DNA of 64,000 bases from Leucoraja erinacea (lineage: Eukaryota). Position 1 is the first letter of the stretch. Each line of letters opens with the position of its first letter. Below the pieces are notes generated by a model. It had not been told where the DNA came from and did no database searches. It saw only the letters and a list, made by a program, of their open reading frames with translations. This document shows positions 1-13,725 of this stretch, in pieces. Location: assembly GCF_028641065.1 (NCBI RefSeq), contig NC_073414.1, positions 3,162,001-3,226,000 of the forward strand. The letters run 5' to 3'. The position numbers were made by a program, and so were the translations under genes.

Positions 1-190
1 GGAATCCATAGATCAGGACATGGTTCACTGAGTCCAGATCTCACCACGCCACCTGTTCCATTCAAAGTCAGTTAATTAAATGAATCTGCAATAAAATGGC
101 AGGAATGGTGACCATTTTAAAATCCAGCCCTTCTTGTATCTATCTTTGGTTTAAACTAGTATTTGCAGTCCTGCACACTGCACTATATGA

Positions 191-581
191 TGGGGGGATC
201 TTATAGAAACATATAAAGTTATAAAAGGACTGGACAAGCTAGATGCAGGAAAAATGTTCCCAATGTTGGGCGAGTCCAGAACCAGGGGCCACACACAGTC
301 TTAGAATAAATGGGGAGGTCATTTAAGACTGAGGTGAGAAAAAACTTTTTCACCCAGAGAGTTGTGAATTTGTGGAATTCCCTGCCACAGAGGGCAGTGG
401 AGGCCAAGTCACTGGATGGGTTTAAGAGAGTTAGATAGAGCTCTAGGGGCTAGTGGAGTCAAGGGATATGGGGAGAAGGCAGGCACGGGTTATTGATTGG
501 GGACGATCACAATGAATGGCGAATGGTGCTGGGTTGAAGGGCCGAATGGCCTCCTCCTACACCTATTTTCTATGTTTCTAT
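191..581 (+). mobile_element. CR1/HER1-like LINE 3' fragment
   Basis: GDLIETYK...[11 protein letters not shown]-terminus plus 3' tail ending (CTATGTTT)n; many copies in window. Confidence 0.85.
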
Positions 582-641
582 ACCTTGCTGTGTTAGCATG
601 CAGTTGCCACCCAACTGTAAGCACTGTGTGATTACGTTTAC

Positions 642-788
642 CTTTCGTGGCTTGCTGTTCCAGGATTTTCTTAGTTTTTGCTGTTGTCCCTTGTGGCATA
701 TTGATTTTGTATTTACCTTCCATTTCCGCAGTCACTCTCCGTCGCTTAGCGGAGTTGTCCGGCCCTGGGTCGGCTGGTCTGGAAAGAA
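642..788 (-). CDS. C19orf47: C19orf47 exon 6
   Basis: LSRPADPGPDNSAKRRRVTAEMEGKYKINMPQGTTAKTKKILEQQATK|gtaaa. Confidence 0.9.
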
Positions 789-3700
789 CTGAAGCAACAC
801 AGCAAGAGGGGTAAGTGTATGGGGCTGTGCCCAACAGCCAGCTATCTCCCTCAAACCCACTCACACTTATTAGGCGTTCGACATTGTTACACTCAAATTA
901 TTTTATACACGAGTTTAGTCCAGCATTGGTTAGAAATAACAGCACGGAAACACAGAGGTAGACACAAAATGCTGGAGTAACTCAGCGGGTGAGGCTGCAT
1001 CTATGGAGAGAAGGAATGGGTGACGTTTCGGGTCTTTTTGGGTGACCGCTAGGCTTTTTCTGACCATAAATATGCTGGTTGGCACGGTGACGCAGCGGGT
1101 AGAGCTGCTGCCTCACAGCGCCAGAGACCCGGGTTCGATCCTGGCTACGGGTGCTGTCTGTACGGTGTTTGTACATTCTCCCCGTGACCTGCGTGGGTTT
1201 CCTCCGAGATCTACAGTTTCCTCCCACACTCCAAAGTCGTACAGGTTTGTAAGCTTGGTGNNNNNNNNNNNNNNNNNNNNNNNNNNNNNNNNNNNNNNNN
1301 NNNNNNNNNNNNNNNNNNNNNNNNNNNNNNNNNNNNNNNNNNNNNNNNNNNNNNNNNNNNNNNNNNNNNNNNNNNNNNNNNNNNNNNNNNNNNNNNNNNN
1401 NNNNNNNNNNNNNNNNNNNNNNNNNNNNNNNNNNNNNNNNNNNNNNNNNNNNNNNNNNNNNNNNNNNNNNNNNNNNNNNNNNNNNNNNNNNNNNNNNNNN
1501 NNNNNNNNNNNNNNNNNNNNNNNNNNNNNNNNNNNNNNNNNNNNNNNNNNNNNNNNNNNNNNNNNNNNNNNNNNNNNNNNNNNNNNNNNNNGGGATCGCT
1601 GGTCGGTGTGGTCTCGGTGGGCTGAAGGGCCTGCTTCCGCGCTGTATCTCTAAAATGAAAACACGGGTTTAAAAAAAAAAATTGCTCTCTGCAATTGGAA
1701 ACAGGATGAATGTCTACGAGACCCCATTGCCTTTCTGCGGTCTGAAGGGTCTCGACCCATTCCTTCTCGCCAGAGGTGCTGCCTGTCCCGCTGAGTTACA
1801 CCAGTGTCTATCTTCGATTTAAAACAGCATCTGCAGTTCTTGCATACACCGTTGCCTTTCATACCTGCTTTCTTTGTGGCAAGTTTGTTGGCCACGGTGA
1901 CGGATATTTTGGAAGTGGTTGGTTCTGGTCTCCTCACAGGAGTGGTAGGTGGGGATTCTCTGCTCAAGCTGTTTGCGATCATTCGCGTGGCAGCTGAATC
2001 GTGGGGGGAAAGAATAAAGAGGATGCACTTGGTGAGCACAGACACTCATATGCCAACTCATTAACTAACAGGAATCCAATCATTCCATGCAGATATCAAA
2101 CTCAGTTCCTTCAGTAACAACACAACTGATGTAATTAAAACTAAATTCAAGTATACTTTATGCTAGATCAATTTGGATTGTCGGGGTCACCAATGTAGGG
2201 GCACCAAACGTGGTGAATAAGGCCAGACGTCAGGCAGGTTCAAACAGTTGTTTTATTCAGGTGTTACATGTTAAGTTGGTCCGCTAACGTAATTATCATT
2301 GCTGCTGTAGCTGAGCGAGGTTGGTCTCTCGAGCTCAGCTACCTGTTGACTTCCCAGGTCTCGAGGTGAGATAGGCTTAAGTAGCAGGACACTCCCCCTA
2401 GGCCGTGATGTCACGTGCCAGCCCTCGTAGCTACTGACGAGGGTCCAACCATAAGTGGTCTTTGTATTAGCTGATGCCACAATGCGCTGGATAGACACAA
2501 AGTATTGGAGTAACTTAGTGGGCCTTGTGGTGGGGTTTGTGCTGGCATTTTGTAAGGGAGCCAGTGACCCAGTGGTCACGCTATGCTCTGAATAACACTG
2601 CTCACTTTTTTTTTAACTTGGAATCATTGGTTAGTAAAAATCTTTTTGTTCTTTTTCGTTCTTTTCTCGTAAATGTTACTTCTTGTTTACTATAGAAATG
2701 TTTAAATTCTGTTAAACTTTCATTGCTTGTTGCTACGTTGTTGTAACGTGTGTGAACTGTAGCAAAAGTGATCTGGTCCCAGGAAACTCCATGCCTCGTT
2801 GAAGGTATGCTCCCGTCTTCACCGATGCTTTTGCTTCCGAGCACATTTTGAGTAAATTAACATCGAATTCGATTGAAGGTTACTATATTCTTTCTCATTT
2901 ATGTATATAAATGTATATAAACAAAAAAAAAATTATAATTTATAAAATTATAAATTATTTTTTCCTCCCCGAATTTTGAAATCATTAAATTTCGGTCAAA
3001 TTTTGATCACAAATTATCTCTAAAGGATCACAGATAGGCTCATTTTTAACACTGTGGTATTTCATTGTAATTTAATAACTTTCAAATTTGGCCACCCTTA
3101 TCACAGGTTGGTACCCTTATTTACGGAAACACCTATATATAATACTGCACATTGTGTTTAAAGAACCCTTCTTTATTCTCTGGAGCGCAGAAGGTTAAGG
3201 GGGGACCTGATAGAGGTCTTTAAAATGATGAGAGGGATGGACAGAGTTGATGTGGACAAGCTTTTCCCTTTGAGAATAGGGAAGATTCAAACAAGAGGAC
3301 ATCTTCAGAATTAAGGGACAGAAGTTTAGGGGTAATATGAGGGGGAACTTCTTTACGCAGAGAGTGGTAGCGGTGTGGAATGAGCTCCCAGTGGAAGTGG
3401 TGGAGGCAGGTTCATTGGTATCATTTAAAAATAAATTGGATAGGCATATGGATGAGAAGGGAATGGAGGGTTATGGTATGAGTGCAGGCAGGTGGGACTA
3501 AGGGGAAAAAAAGTTGTTCGGCACGGACTTGTAGGGCCGAGATGGCCCGTTTCCGTGCTGTAATTGTTATATGGTTATATGGTTAACCCGTTTCAGAATA
3601 AACGTTCCATTTTTTGGCAAATGGCAAAACCATCAGGATTCAGTTTTCAACGTGCATCTTACCACAGACAATACTTTGTTATCTCCACCACTGCCCCTTC

Positions 3701-6700
3701 TCTGCAACTTAAACATGCTTGTTTTACTAACTTGTCCTAGTTCTAATGAGAGTCCATGGACCCAAAATCTTATCTCTCTTTCTCTCTCCACAGACGTTGC
3801 CTGAACTGTTGAATTATTCCCAGTTTTCATAATTTTTAAGACATTTCTTGTATTCCAAAAATCACAGCAGATTGTGAGTACTTACGGGAGCCGGTAGTTC
3901 TTTTTAATTCAAAATGAACGTTTCCATGGGTCGGAGTTATGGACTCTGTGGCCATCTTAGCAAGTTCCTAGAAGGAGTAAGTTCAGTTTAAGATGCTGTA
4001 CAGTATCAGTTTGGTTTAATCAGTTTAGTTTAGTTTATTGTCACGGGTATTGAGTCACAGTGAAAAGCTTCTGTTGTGTGTTATCCAGTCAGCCTCAACT
4101 ATCTCTGCACCTGACCTATTTTAGCAGGAGCCGCATGAGTAAGAAGGGAAGTTCACCAGCCCTCACCTGTTTGTAGACGACTTTGGCATGCTTCAGAACG
4201 GCAATAATATCCCCGACTACCATGATGCCCAGTTCATTCATGATATCTTTAGTGAGATCCATGAGCATGTTCCTCTGAATCCTGTGCAAACAGAAAGAAG
4301 TCTCAGTGGCAACAAGCTGACTGTTAATGTGGCATTCTCAGGAGCTGCTTAGTGTCCGAAGTTAAACTTGGCCTTTTTCCGTTTGGGTATAACACAGAAC
4401 ATAGAATAATATAACATAGTTGGCCCCCAATGTTTGAGGAACGAATTTGTCATTTCATCTGTCTGTCATTTCATGTACTGAGCCCTCCAGGTGATTCATT
4501 GGTTTATAAGCTTTAAGATAGAAACATGCATAAAGATATTCTCTGAACCATGGCCCACAATGTTTGTGCCGAACATGAACGCAAGTTAAACTGATCCTAT
4601 TTGCCTGTTCATGATCCATATCCCTCTATTCTCTCCTCTTCTAAAAGCCTCAAACACCACTATCATATCTGCCTCCACCACCACCCTAGGCAAGGCGTTC
4701 CAGGCGCCCAATACACTGTAAAATAACATCTCCATTAAGCTTCGAAGGTAGACACAAAATGCTGGAGTAACTCAGCGGGTCAGGTAGCATCTCTGGAGAG
4801 AAGGAATTGGAGACATTTCGGGTTGAGACCCTTCTTCAGACTGTATTTCCATTGAGCTTTCTCCATCTCACCATATAGCTATGCCCTCTAGTGTTGAACA
4901 CTTCCACCCTGGGGAAAAGGTTCTGATTGTCTATCTGATCTTTGCCTCCCATGATTTTATATATTTCTAGCAAGTCTCCCCTTGCCTTTCAATATTCTGC
5001 TCATTTGAACATGAATCCATTCTCCACAGATGCTACCTGACCAGCTGAGTTACTCCAGCGTTCTGTGTGGTTTTTTTTTGTAAGCCAGAATCTGCAGTTC
5101 CTTGTTTCAACACTTAATCCATTCAATATGGTCTCCGCACTCGAGGAGAAAGCTGCAATCAAGCTGACTTTAGACGGGGAATTTAAAAAAACACAACCAA
5201 CTAAGTGAATAAATGGCTGGATTCCAATGTAATATCTGGTACAGGGAACATCTTTAGGCATGCTTTTATCTTTTAAGCTTATAAACCAATGAATCACTTG
5301 CAAGGTTCAGTGCATGAAATGGCAGCCACTGCGTGACCTCACAACAGCAAAGTGAAGAGCAAATGTGTAGAACTGTGTTCAGTTTTGGTCGCCCTGCTAC
5401 AGCAAGAATGTCCTTAAGCTGGCAAGAGTGCAGAGAAGATTTACAGTGATTGGCAGGACACAAGGAGCTAAGTTATAGGATGAAGTCGGGCAGGCAACAA
5501 CTTTATTCTTTGAAGCACACGAGGCTGAGAGTTGATATTATTGAGATGAATAAAATTATTTGGGGAAGGTAGGGGTGCAGCGGCAGAGTTGCTGCCTGAC
5601 AGCACCAGAGAACCGGGTTCGATCCTGACTGCGGGTGCTGTCTGTACGGAGTTTGCACACTCTCCCCATGACCACCTGGGCTTTCTCCGGGAGCTCCGGT
5701 TTCCTCCCACACTCCAAAGACGTGCAGGTTTGTAGGTTAGTTGGCTTTGGCAAATTGTAAATTGTCCCTAGTGTGTGTGTGTGTGTGTGGGATGGTGCTA
5801 GTGCACAGGGTGGTCGCTGGTTGGCACAGACTCAGTGGGCTGAAGGGCCTGTTTCCACGCTGTATCTCTAAAGTCTAATGATAGGGTGAATGCATTCTTC
5901 CCCAGAGTAGGGAAATCAAAAATGAAAGGACATAGGTTTAAAGTGAAAGGAGAAAGATTTAATAGGAACATAAGGGGCAACCTTATCAGTCAGAGGAGTT
6001 GAGGCAGGTACAATTACAGCATTTTAAAGACATGGGGACAGATGCATGGATAGAAATGAATTAGAGGGATATGGGCCAAGCACAGACAAATGGGACTATA
6101 TGTTTGCATTAGTTTACAAACAAATACACTGTACTTTAGATCAATTACTTCCTAATGATAAAAGGCAGCTCATAACTAGGCAGGTTCATAAATTCAGCAG
6201 AGATGGCCAACTTAAACACCACTTTGCCGTTGCAGAGGAAGACCAAAAATCAGATGAAAAGTACCCCCCCCCACACACAAATTTTGTTATGCAAGGCAGA
6301 TGAATAATCAGCTGATTGACCTTTACGCTGATATTTAACTACGGGAGCTGTTCCTTTCCTCCTCGCATTTGCAAATTCAAATTATTGAACAGAATGGTGA
6401 TGTTGATGCAGGACCCAAGGTCAAAGAATATTCGCATTCCTAGTCAGATTCTCACTGAGTCCACATTAGGGGTAAAACTGGCAGAAACATTTCATCCAAC
6501 TCGAGGTCCCAGCCTTCTATCTGATGCACTGTAATACAGGGTGCCATTCGGCCCACTGAGTCCATGCTAGCTAGCTTCCAGCAGAGCAACACCAAGACCA
6601 TTCCCCCGTTATTTCCCTGTAGCAATACAATTGATGAAGGAAGGTTGTCGAGCTACACAACATGGAAACAGGCCCTTCAGCCCATCTTGTGCATGCCGAC

Positions 6701-9700
6701 CAAATTGGCATAACACAAAGTGTTTAAGGGACTCAGCGAGTCAGGCAACATCTGTGGAGCAAATGGACAGGTTTTGGGTCAGGGCCGTTTTTCAGACCAT
6801 GCTGGCATACTGGGCTAGACCCATTTGCCTGCATTTGGCCAATAGGTCTCTAAACCCTTCCCATCTATATATCTGTCCAAATGTCTTTCAGTCCCCATCA
6901 TGTGCCCATCAACTCCCTCGATATAAGTAAGTAAGTACGTTTATTGGCCAAGTATTCACATACAAGGAATTTGCCTTGGTGCTCCGCCCACAAGTAACAA
7001 CATGACATACAGTGACAGTTACGAATGACTCAGTAAACAATAAACATTAATAATAATAATAAAACATTAATGATAAAACACCATTGATCAAGCATGTGAA
7101 CCAACAAAATACCAGATCAAAGGGAGGCTACAGATTTTTGGCTGTTGAGTAGAACAACTACTCGTGGATAAAAGCTGTCTGGCTGTGGCAGCTTTGACAG
7201 TCTGGAGTCGCCTTCCAGAGGGAAGTGATTCAAAGAGTTTGTGGCCAGGGTGAGAGGGGTCAGAGATGATCCTGCCTGCTCGCTTCCTAGCCCTTGCAGT
7301 GTACAGATAGCAGTAGGATATCCGCTCGGATTTTTTGTGTTCAAGTCTGTGTATAGAACTGGGACCCAAGCCTCTCACTCGAGAGCAAGAATGCACCCCG
7401 CTGAGAAATCAAAAAAACATACTTTAATGCAACAAATTATTTATTTGGAATAAAATCTCCGGGTTGTGCAGACATCCACCAAAGTAAAAGATTGTATGTT
7501 TACAACACTCTCTCGACTAAATTAATAAAATAACAGCAGGGACTCAAATGTAGAAACCTTTGATATTTGTTTTTAGGGCACTTTCGTAAGGAATCATTGG
7601 ACGTTAACAGCAGGGAGAATGCCGGATCATTTGCCATCACTAATGCATTATTTAATTGCAGGCTAAATTTATCTTATCCACCAGTAATTTATGGGAACTA
7701 TTACCTCTAAAGTTTTAAACTCCATTATGCCTTTGATAGGAAGGAAAGGAAGGCAGAAAAAAAGAGCAGTGCTCAGTAAATGCTGGTTTGGGAAGATGGA
7801 TCACAGAACTATATTATGCAGCTGTAGAAACCACCTACTGCAGATGCTGGTTTACGGCGAAAAAAAGAAATATGCTGGAGTAGCTCAGCAGGTTAAGTCG
7901 CATTCCTGGAGAAGATGGATGGGTGACTTTGTGTTTTTTTTTTTAATAAAAGAGGCAGTTTTTCATATTGTTTCTAACCAATGCTTGCACTTTGCAACCA
8001 ATCCACCAAGCACTATCCAGGAGCTTAATTCATCTGCAGTTCTATCTTCCCTGGTTGTTTCAGGGACAGGACAAGTCACACAACTTAAAAAAGGGTGAGC
8101 AGTTAGAGGCTCAGTCATTCTTAATTTTCAATATTAATATTTCCCAATACTTATCCCATAATTTTGTAGTCATACAGCACAGAAACACGCCCTTCACCCC
8201 AACTCGTCCGTGCCGACCAAGATGCCTCATCTAAGCTAGTCCCATCTGCCCGAGTTTGACCCATATCCCTCTAGCTTAGTTTAGTGACACAGCACCGAAA
8301 CAGGCCCTTCGGCCCACCTAGTCCAGCACACCCTATCCTACAGACTAGGGACAATTTTTACCAAGCCAGTTGGCCTACAAACCTGTACATCTTTGGAGGT
8401 AATCGGGGCTTCCAGAGAAAACCCACGCAGGTCGCGTGGAGAATGTACAAACTTCGCATAGACAGCACCTATAGGCAGGATCATACTCTGATCTCTGGTG
8501 CTGTAAGGCCCTACTGCTGCTCCTAAAACATCCTATCCATGCATCTATCCAAGTGCCTTTTTAATGTTATTATATTTCCATCAAACACTTACGTTAATAT
8601 CATGGATCACAATAAAAGTACCGAGTTTCATTATTTTAGGTTTATGATGCAAAAAAAGATATAGAGATGATATGTTTACTTTAGTTAGCAAGGGATGGAA
8701 ACCTGTAGATGTGACAGGCCTACCTGTTGTCCACAAAGCTGACAGCATAGTTGACAGCTGGTCCTGCAGGTATACCGGCATCTTTGAAAAATTGGATCCA
8801 CTCTGACGTGGCTAAGGAGAAAAAAAGGCTTTATTTTAGAAATTCTCAAAATCCAACATAAAAGTAGGGCAGGCATCCTAAACAAAAGGAGATACAAGTG
8901 CGTCTATGTCTATGTACTGATCCAGTGATACTCCAGGGTAAACTCATAAATCACGTGAGCAGAATTAGGCTATCGAGTCTACTCCACCATTCAATTGTGG
9001 CTGACCTATTTTCCCCTTTGAACCCCATTCTTCTGCCTTCTCCCCATAACTTTGCCCCCCCCACACTAATCAAGAACCTGTCAATCCCCGCTTTAAAAAT
9101 ACACAATGACTTGGCCTCCACACCCATATGTGGCAGTGAATTCCACAATTTCACCAGCCTCTGACTAAAGAAATTCCCCCTCATCTTCTATCTAAAGGTA
9201 CGTCCTTTTATTCTGATTCTTTTGGCCAAATGAAAATTAGTAACGAAAAGGTAATTGTAAGCATACTGTACTCTTGAAGTTAAATGTTGGGACACTCCAT
9301 TCGATCAGGGCATCATTTTGTGGTGCTCTCAATCAATTGAGAAGTCCCTTCTTTGGACTCTGGGCCTCACATTTATTGCCCATACCATCCCTAATCTATT
9401 GACCTTCGAGAGGGCCGTGTTGAGCTGTCTTCTTGAGCCACCAAAATCATAGCGGGTGAAGATACTTCCCTCCCCGGTGTTGTTAGGCAGGAGTTTCAGG
9501 ATGTAGCCCCAGATACGATGAGAGAACAGAAATATATTTTCAGCTCAGTGTTGCACAACCTGGAGGGGCAGCCTCACAGGGGGGGATGGTGCCACTGCTG
9601 CCCACGTCCTCCTTGGTGTGGTAGACACCATGGGTTTAGGGGGTGCTGTCAGGGCATACGAGTAACTGCACTCTATTCTGCAAATGGTACACAATGCGGT

Positions 9701-12362
9701 CATGGCATGTGCTGCTGGTAATCTGTGGGATTAACTACATTTTTTTTTTTTGTAATTCTATTTTTTTTTAAATATGTTTTAATATTTATTATTTATTTAT
9801 TTTTATGATACTGACTGTAAAGGGAAATTCATTTCGTTGTCTCTAATTGAGACAATGACAATAAATTTGAATACAATACAATACAATACAATTCCAAATT
9901 GAGAGAGATTTCTGGAATCTAGGGGAATCAGGAATAATGGGAATTAGGCAGGAAAATGGAGTTAAAGCCAATTTCGCAGCAAGGAACTGCAGAAGTTGGT
10001 TTACAAAAAAAGACACAAAGCACTGGAGTAACTCAGCCACTAAGCAGTTAAGACAATGTTACTGCATGGCATTGCTAAATCAAGAGGGTATACAACTTAC
10101 TCAGAGCTTCCCTTTGCAATCTTAAGTTCCTATTTTAACATTAGATCTAATGCTGTTTGAAAGCTTGGCTTTGAATTTCATCCATAGTTGGAATACCTCT
10201 GTGACCGGCAGCTGAGACGTGCAGCAACCGAAGGTCACTTGGCCACCGAGCCCCAAAGACAAGTGCTGGGATCAAAATAGCACCACACGTGTGACAGAGA
10301 GCACGACTACTAAATAAAACTACAGGGTTGCAAACTGCTTTCCAACATGAGTAACACACCACTGGAGATCAGTGGATTCTGCAGGATTAGCAGCACAGAA
10401 GCTAAACAAACACCTCTACGCACAGGGGATAGCAGAAATTTGGCGTGCTCTGAAGTCGATAGTAAAATGGACATATATTTGGAGTTTATTAAACAAATGT
10501 GTTAAGAGAAATGCGGTAAATGAAAACATATAAAATCGCAGATCACCCATTCAAAGACGGGACAGGCCTCTTCCTGTTCTACTCCATCAAACCACGGGAA
10601 CCTAAGGGATTATCGGATATAAAATTAAAAGTTTCCATTGGGTAGATGTGTGGGATAATTGAAAATGAATGATCAAAAGTGTAAAAGAATCAATATTGAT
10701 GGCAGCAATTTGTTTTCTATTCAACGAGTCAAGAATATTGAACTTGCACAAATAGAGCATTTAAGATGAACAATAGGGTGAGCACTTTTGAGAAGAATGG
10801 GGTTAATGACAGCACTGCATATTTCTTACAACCCAACGCTATCAACATTGATTTCCCTAATTTCAAGTAACTCCTGCATTCCTTCCCTCCCTCTCTAGTT
10901 GTCCAACTAGTTCCACTGTTCGCATCCTTGTATCCCTGTCATTAGCACTTCTTCCCCAGCCAACAATGGGTCATGATGAACTCCACCCTTCCCTGAGGCC
11001 GTCTGTTGCAGGCCATTTTTTTGTTTTGACCTTTTCCATCTTTCAGTCTGAGGAAGGGGTTTGACCCGAAACGTCGCCTATTCCTTTTCTCCAGGGATGC
11101 TGCCTGACCCGCTGAGTTACTCCAGCATTTTGTGTCTACCTTCGATTTAAACCAGCATCTGCAGTTCTTTCCTACAAACGTTAAAATCTTTTTCTACTGA
11201 AAACTGTCATTTATCTTCAAATGCAATCATGCTTTTTTGATCCTCCAGTGTTTCACTCCTTGATTCTCACTCTGCAGAAGGGACCTGACCCAAAACATCA
11301 CACAGCCTTTTTTCCAGAGATGCTGCCTGATCTGCTGAGTTACTCCAGCATTTTGTGCCTTTAGTATAAACCAGCATCTGCAGTTCCTTGTTCCTATTTC
11401 TTTATAAATATTTGTACCTTTGAGTTTCAAATTATAACAAATGTCATCACCATTGCATGCATTTTTTTGAAAGTTCGGTATAGATTATACACAATTGCCT
11501 AAAACTACTTCAATTCTTTCATGTGCTGGTTTACACTGAAGATGGACAGCAAAATGCTGGAGTAACTCAAAAGGTCGGGCAGCATCCCTGGAGAAAAGGA
11601 ATAGGTGATGTTTCAAGTCGAGACCCTTCTCTATAATTCTTTCATATTCTGTTTAAGGACTGGGACCACAAACAAATATTTTTCGCTTCCACAAACTGAC
11701 ACAGAGTGTGGCAGCTGGTTTGCCTGATGTCACAACTCCTCATAAGGCAAATGATCAGTTGGTCTATTTTTGGCTGGGGCAGTCACAACATTCTCTGTGA
11801 CAGTGCAACTGCTTTCAAATATTCCACCTGTGATGTAGAAGTCTGAGGTCCTTGCCAATGGGTCTACATTCTACACCTCCTCTCAATCCTGCTACCATGT
11901 TAAATGCTGGAAAAGGATTTACCCAAATTAACACGATAAAAGTAAGAAAACAAAAATCTGTAACTGTTCACTTGTTGGATTAGCTAACATAAAAGGCACT
12001 AATATCAAACTTTGCACTAAAGACCGTCACAAAAGACCATGCAATAATGTCAAACTTTTAATGTCAATACTCCTTTCTTCACTGGTATTTAAACTCTGCA
12101 ACGCAGATGGGCATCAGGGGCCATCAGTGAGGTGGCAATGGGGTCAGGACTAGAGATCAGGCAGAGGGGGTCAGGGCCAGAGGTGGGGGGATCGGGGCTG
12201 GATTGGGGAGGAAATCAGGGCCAGATTGTGAGGTATAACTGGGGCCAGATTGTGAGGAGAAACCGAGACCAGTTTTGTGGGGGGGGGAGGAGGGAATTGG
12301 AGCCAGATGGGGGGGGTGCGGGGGGGGGGAAAATCAGGGGCAAATGGGAGAGGGGCGCAGGG

Positions 12363-12418
<56 letters not shown>

Positions 12419-13623
12419 AAGAGTTTGTGAGGGGTCGGGGGCCAGAGGTGGAGTGGGGGATGAATTAGGGCCGAGGTAAGAGGGGAATTAGGGCTAGAGG
12501 TGAGGAGGGTTTCGGGGCCGGAGGGGGGGGGGGAAATCGTGGCCAGTGTTTGGGGGGGGGGGGGGGGGGGTTGGGACCAGGCGAGGGAGGGGATTAGGGC
12601 AAGAGAGGGGGACCGGGCACCGGTCCTTGCCCTCTCCCAGCCCGGATCCCTATCTCCCGCCTCCTTGTATACCCCACACCCCCATCTTAACCACCTCTCA
12701 GCACCACCACCGCCCCCCCCTCCCCTCCTCTCCCCTTTCTCTCCCTCTCTCCCCTCCTCCTCTATCCCCCCCTCCCACTGTACCCTCCCCTCCTCCCCTA
12801 TCCCCCTCCCCTCCCCTCCTCCCTCTCCCCCCCTCTATCTCCCCCCCCCTCTCCCTCCCCCCCCTCCTCCCCCTCCCTCCCTCCCCCCCCCTCTCTATCC
12901 CCTCCCCCCCCCTCTCCCCCTATCCCCCTCTCCCTCTATCCCCTCTCCATCCCCCTCTCTCCCTCCCTCCCCTCTCCCCCTCCCCCCATCTATCCCCTCC
13001 CCCTCTATCCCCTCTCCCCTCTCTCCTCCCTCCCCCTCTCTCTCCATCCCTCTCTCCTCCCCTCTCCCTCCCTCTCCTCTCCCCCCCATCCCCTCCCCCC
13101 TATATCCCCTCTCCCTCTATCCCCCTCTCTCCCTCCCTCTCTATCCCCTCCCATCTCTCCCCCTCCCCCCTCCCCCCCCCCCCCCCCCCCCCCCTTCCCT
13201 CTCCCTCCCCCCCCCCTCCCTCCCCCCCCTCCCTCCCTCCCCCCCTCCCCCCCCCCGCCCCCCCCCTCCCCCCCCCCCCCCCCGGAAGCCTCTATGACCC
13301 CCCTCCCCCTCTATATCCCCTCTCCCCCTCTCTCCCCCCTCTCCCCTCCCCCCCTCTCCATCCCCTCCCCCTCTCCCCTCCCGCTGGAGCCGCTACCCCG
13401 GTCCGTGGCCGCCTCAAGGGAGGGGGAACCGGAAGCCGCTTGACCCGCCGCCCCGGGCCGGACGAGGAGCCGCTTGAGCCGCGCGCCCCGGGGGTCCCTG
13501 GCCGTCCCTGGCCGTCCCGGGGAGCAGCAGGAGCCGCTTGAGCCGCCCCTTGGCCGTGACCGCCCGGGAGCCGGAGCTCGAGCCGCCGCCGGCCCGGCGC
13601 TTACCGAGAGTCACCGACACCAT
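642..13623 (-). CDS. C19orf47: C19orf47 homolog (SAM-like domain protein), spliced gene, 3'-partial; 6 coding exons in window
   Basis: Exons 13605-13623, 8724-8811, 4167-4281, 3886-3967, 1865-1993 and 642-788 join in phase with GT-AG ends. Product: MVSVTLATSEWIQFFKDAGIPAGPAVNYAVSFVDNRIQRNMLMDLTKDIMNELGIMVVGDIIAVLKHAK...SKISVTV...KRRRVTAEMEGKYKINMP, recognised from memory of human C19orf47. Confidence 0.93.
1081..1655 (+). mobile_element. tRNA-derived SINE (HE1/V-SINE-like) spanning an N gap
   Basis: A/B-box-like head GGCACGGTGACGCAGCGG...GGTTCGATCC, central TTCTCCCCGTGACC core, tail GAAGGGCCTG..CTGTATCTCTAAA. Confidence 0.8.
1261..1590. other. Assembly gap (330 N)
   Basis: N run. Confidence 1.
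1865..1993 (-). CDS. C19orf47: C19orf47 exon 5
   Basis: ATRMIANSLSRESPPTTPVRRPEPTTSKISVTVANKLATKKA|gtatg. Confidence 0.9.
3170..3582 (+). mobile_element. CR1-like LINE 3' fragment (second subfamily)
   Basis: [12 protein letters not shown] motif, FFTQRVVAVWNELP, (GGTTATAT)n tail. Confidence 0.8.
3886..3967 (-). CDS. C19orf47: C19orf47 exon 4
   Basis: ttctag|ELAKMATESITPTHGNVHFELKRTTGS|gtaag, 82 nt, phases fit neighbours. Confidence 0.85.
4167..4281 (-). CDS. C19orf47: C19orf47 exon 3
   Basis: IQRNMLMDLTKDIMNELGIMVVGDIIAVLKHAKVVYKQ|gtgag, 115 nt. Confidence 0.93.
5575..5872 (+). mobile_element. HE1/V-SINE-like SINE inserted in an old CR1 fragment
   Basis: Same head/core/tail as 1081; CR1-like sequence on both sides. 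Confidence 0.8.
6925..7310 (-). mobile_element. Rex1/Babar-like non-LTR 3' fragment
   Basis: [30 protein letters not shown]-terminal motif; related copy at 58790-59112. Confidence 0.65.
8724..8811 (-). CDS. C19orf47: C19orf47 exon 2
   Basis: tctccttag|..TSEWIQFFKDAGIPAGPAVNYAVSFVDN|gtagg, 88 nt. Confidence 0.93.
12130..13380. repeat. G-rich then C/T-rich low-complexity tracts, including a 53-nt poly-G
   Basis: Poly-G 12365-12417; near-pure pyrimidine (CCCTCT)n 12710-13380. Confidence 0.9.
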
Positions 13624-13725
13624 CTTGGTTCCGCGGAGCGTCCACACGTCATCTCCGGGCGCCGGCGGAAGCGAGGCGACGTCCCCGTTGCTAGGGGGGG
13701 GGGCGCTGCCTGGCAACCGGGACAA
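13380..13725 (-). promoter_or_regulatory. CpG island / promoter and first exon of C19orf47
   Basis: Very GC- and CpG-rich block around the ATG exon; RFX X-box-like GCTGCCTGGCAAC near 13705-13717. Confidence 0.75.
13605..13623 (-). CDS. C19orf47: C19orf47 coding exon 1 (MVSVTL)
   Basis: aagATGGTGTCGGTGACTCTCG|GTAAG inside a CpG island. Confidence 0.9.

Noticed and set aside
1081-1150. tRNA-like sequences with A/B boxes (also about 5575 and 58355)
   Set aside because: These are SINE heads continuing into SINE core and tail; no complete cloverleaf.
12500-13541. Long Pro/Ser/Leu-rich ORFs (265 and 331 aa)
   Set aside because: Translations of a C/T low-complexity tract that has almost no stop codons; intronic and antisense to C19orf47.
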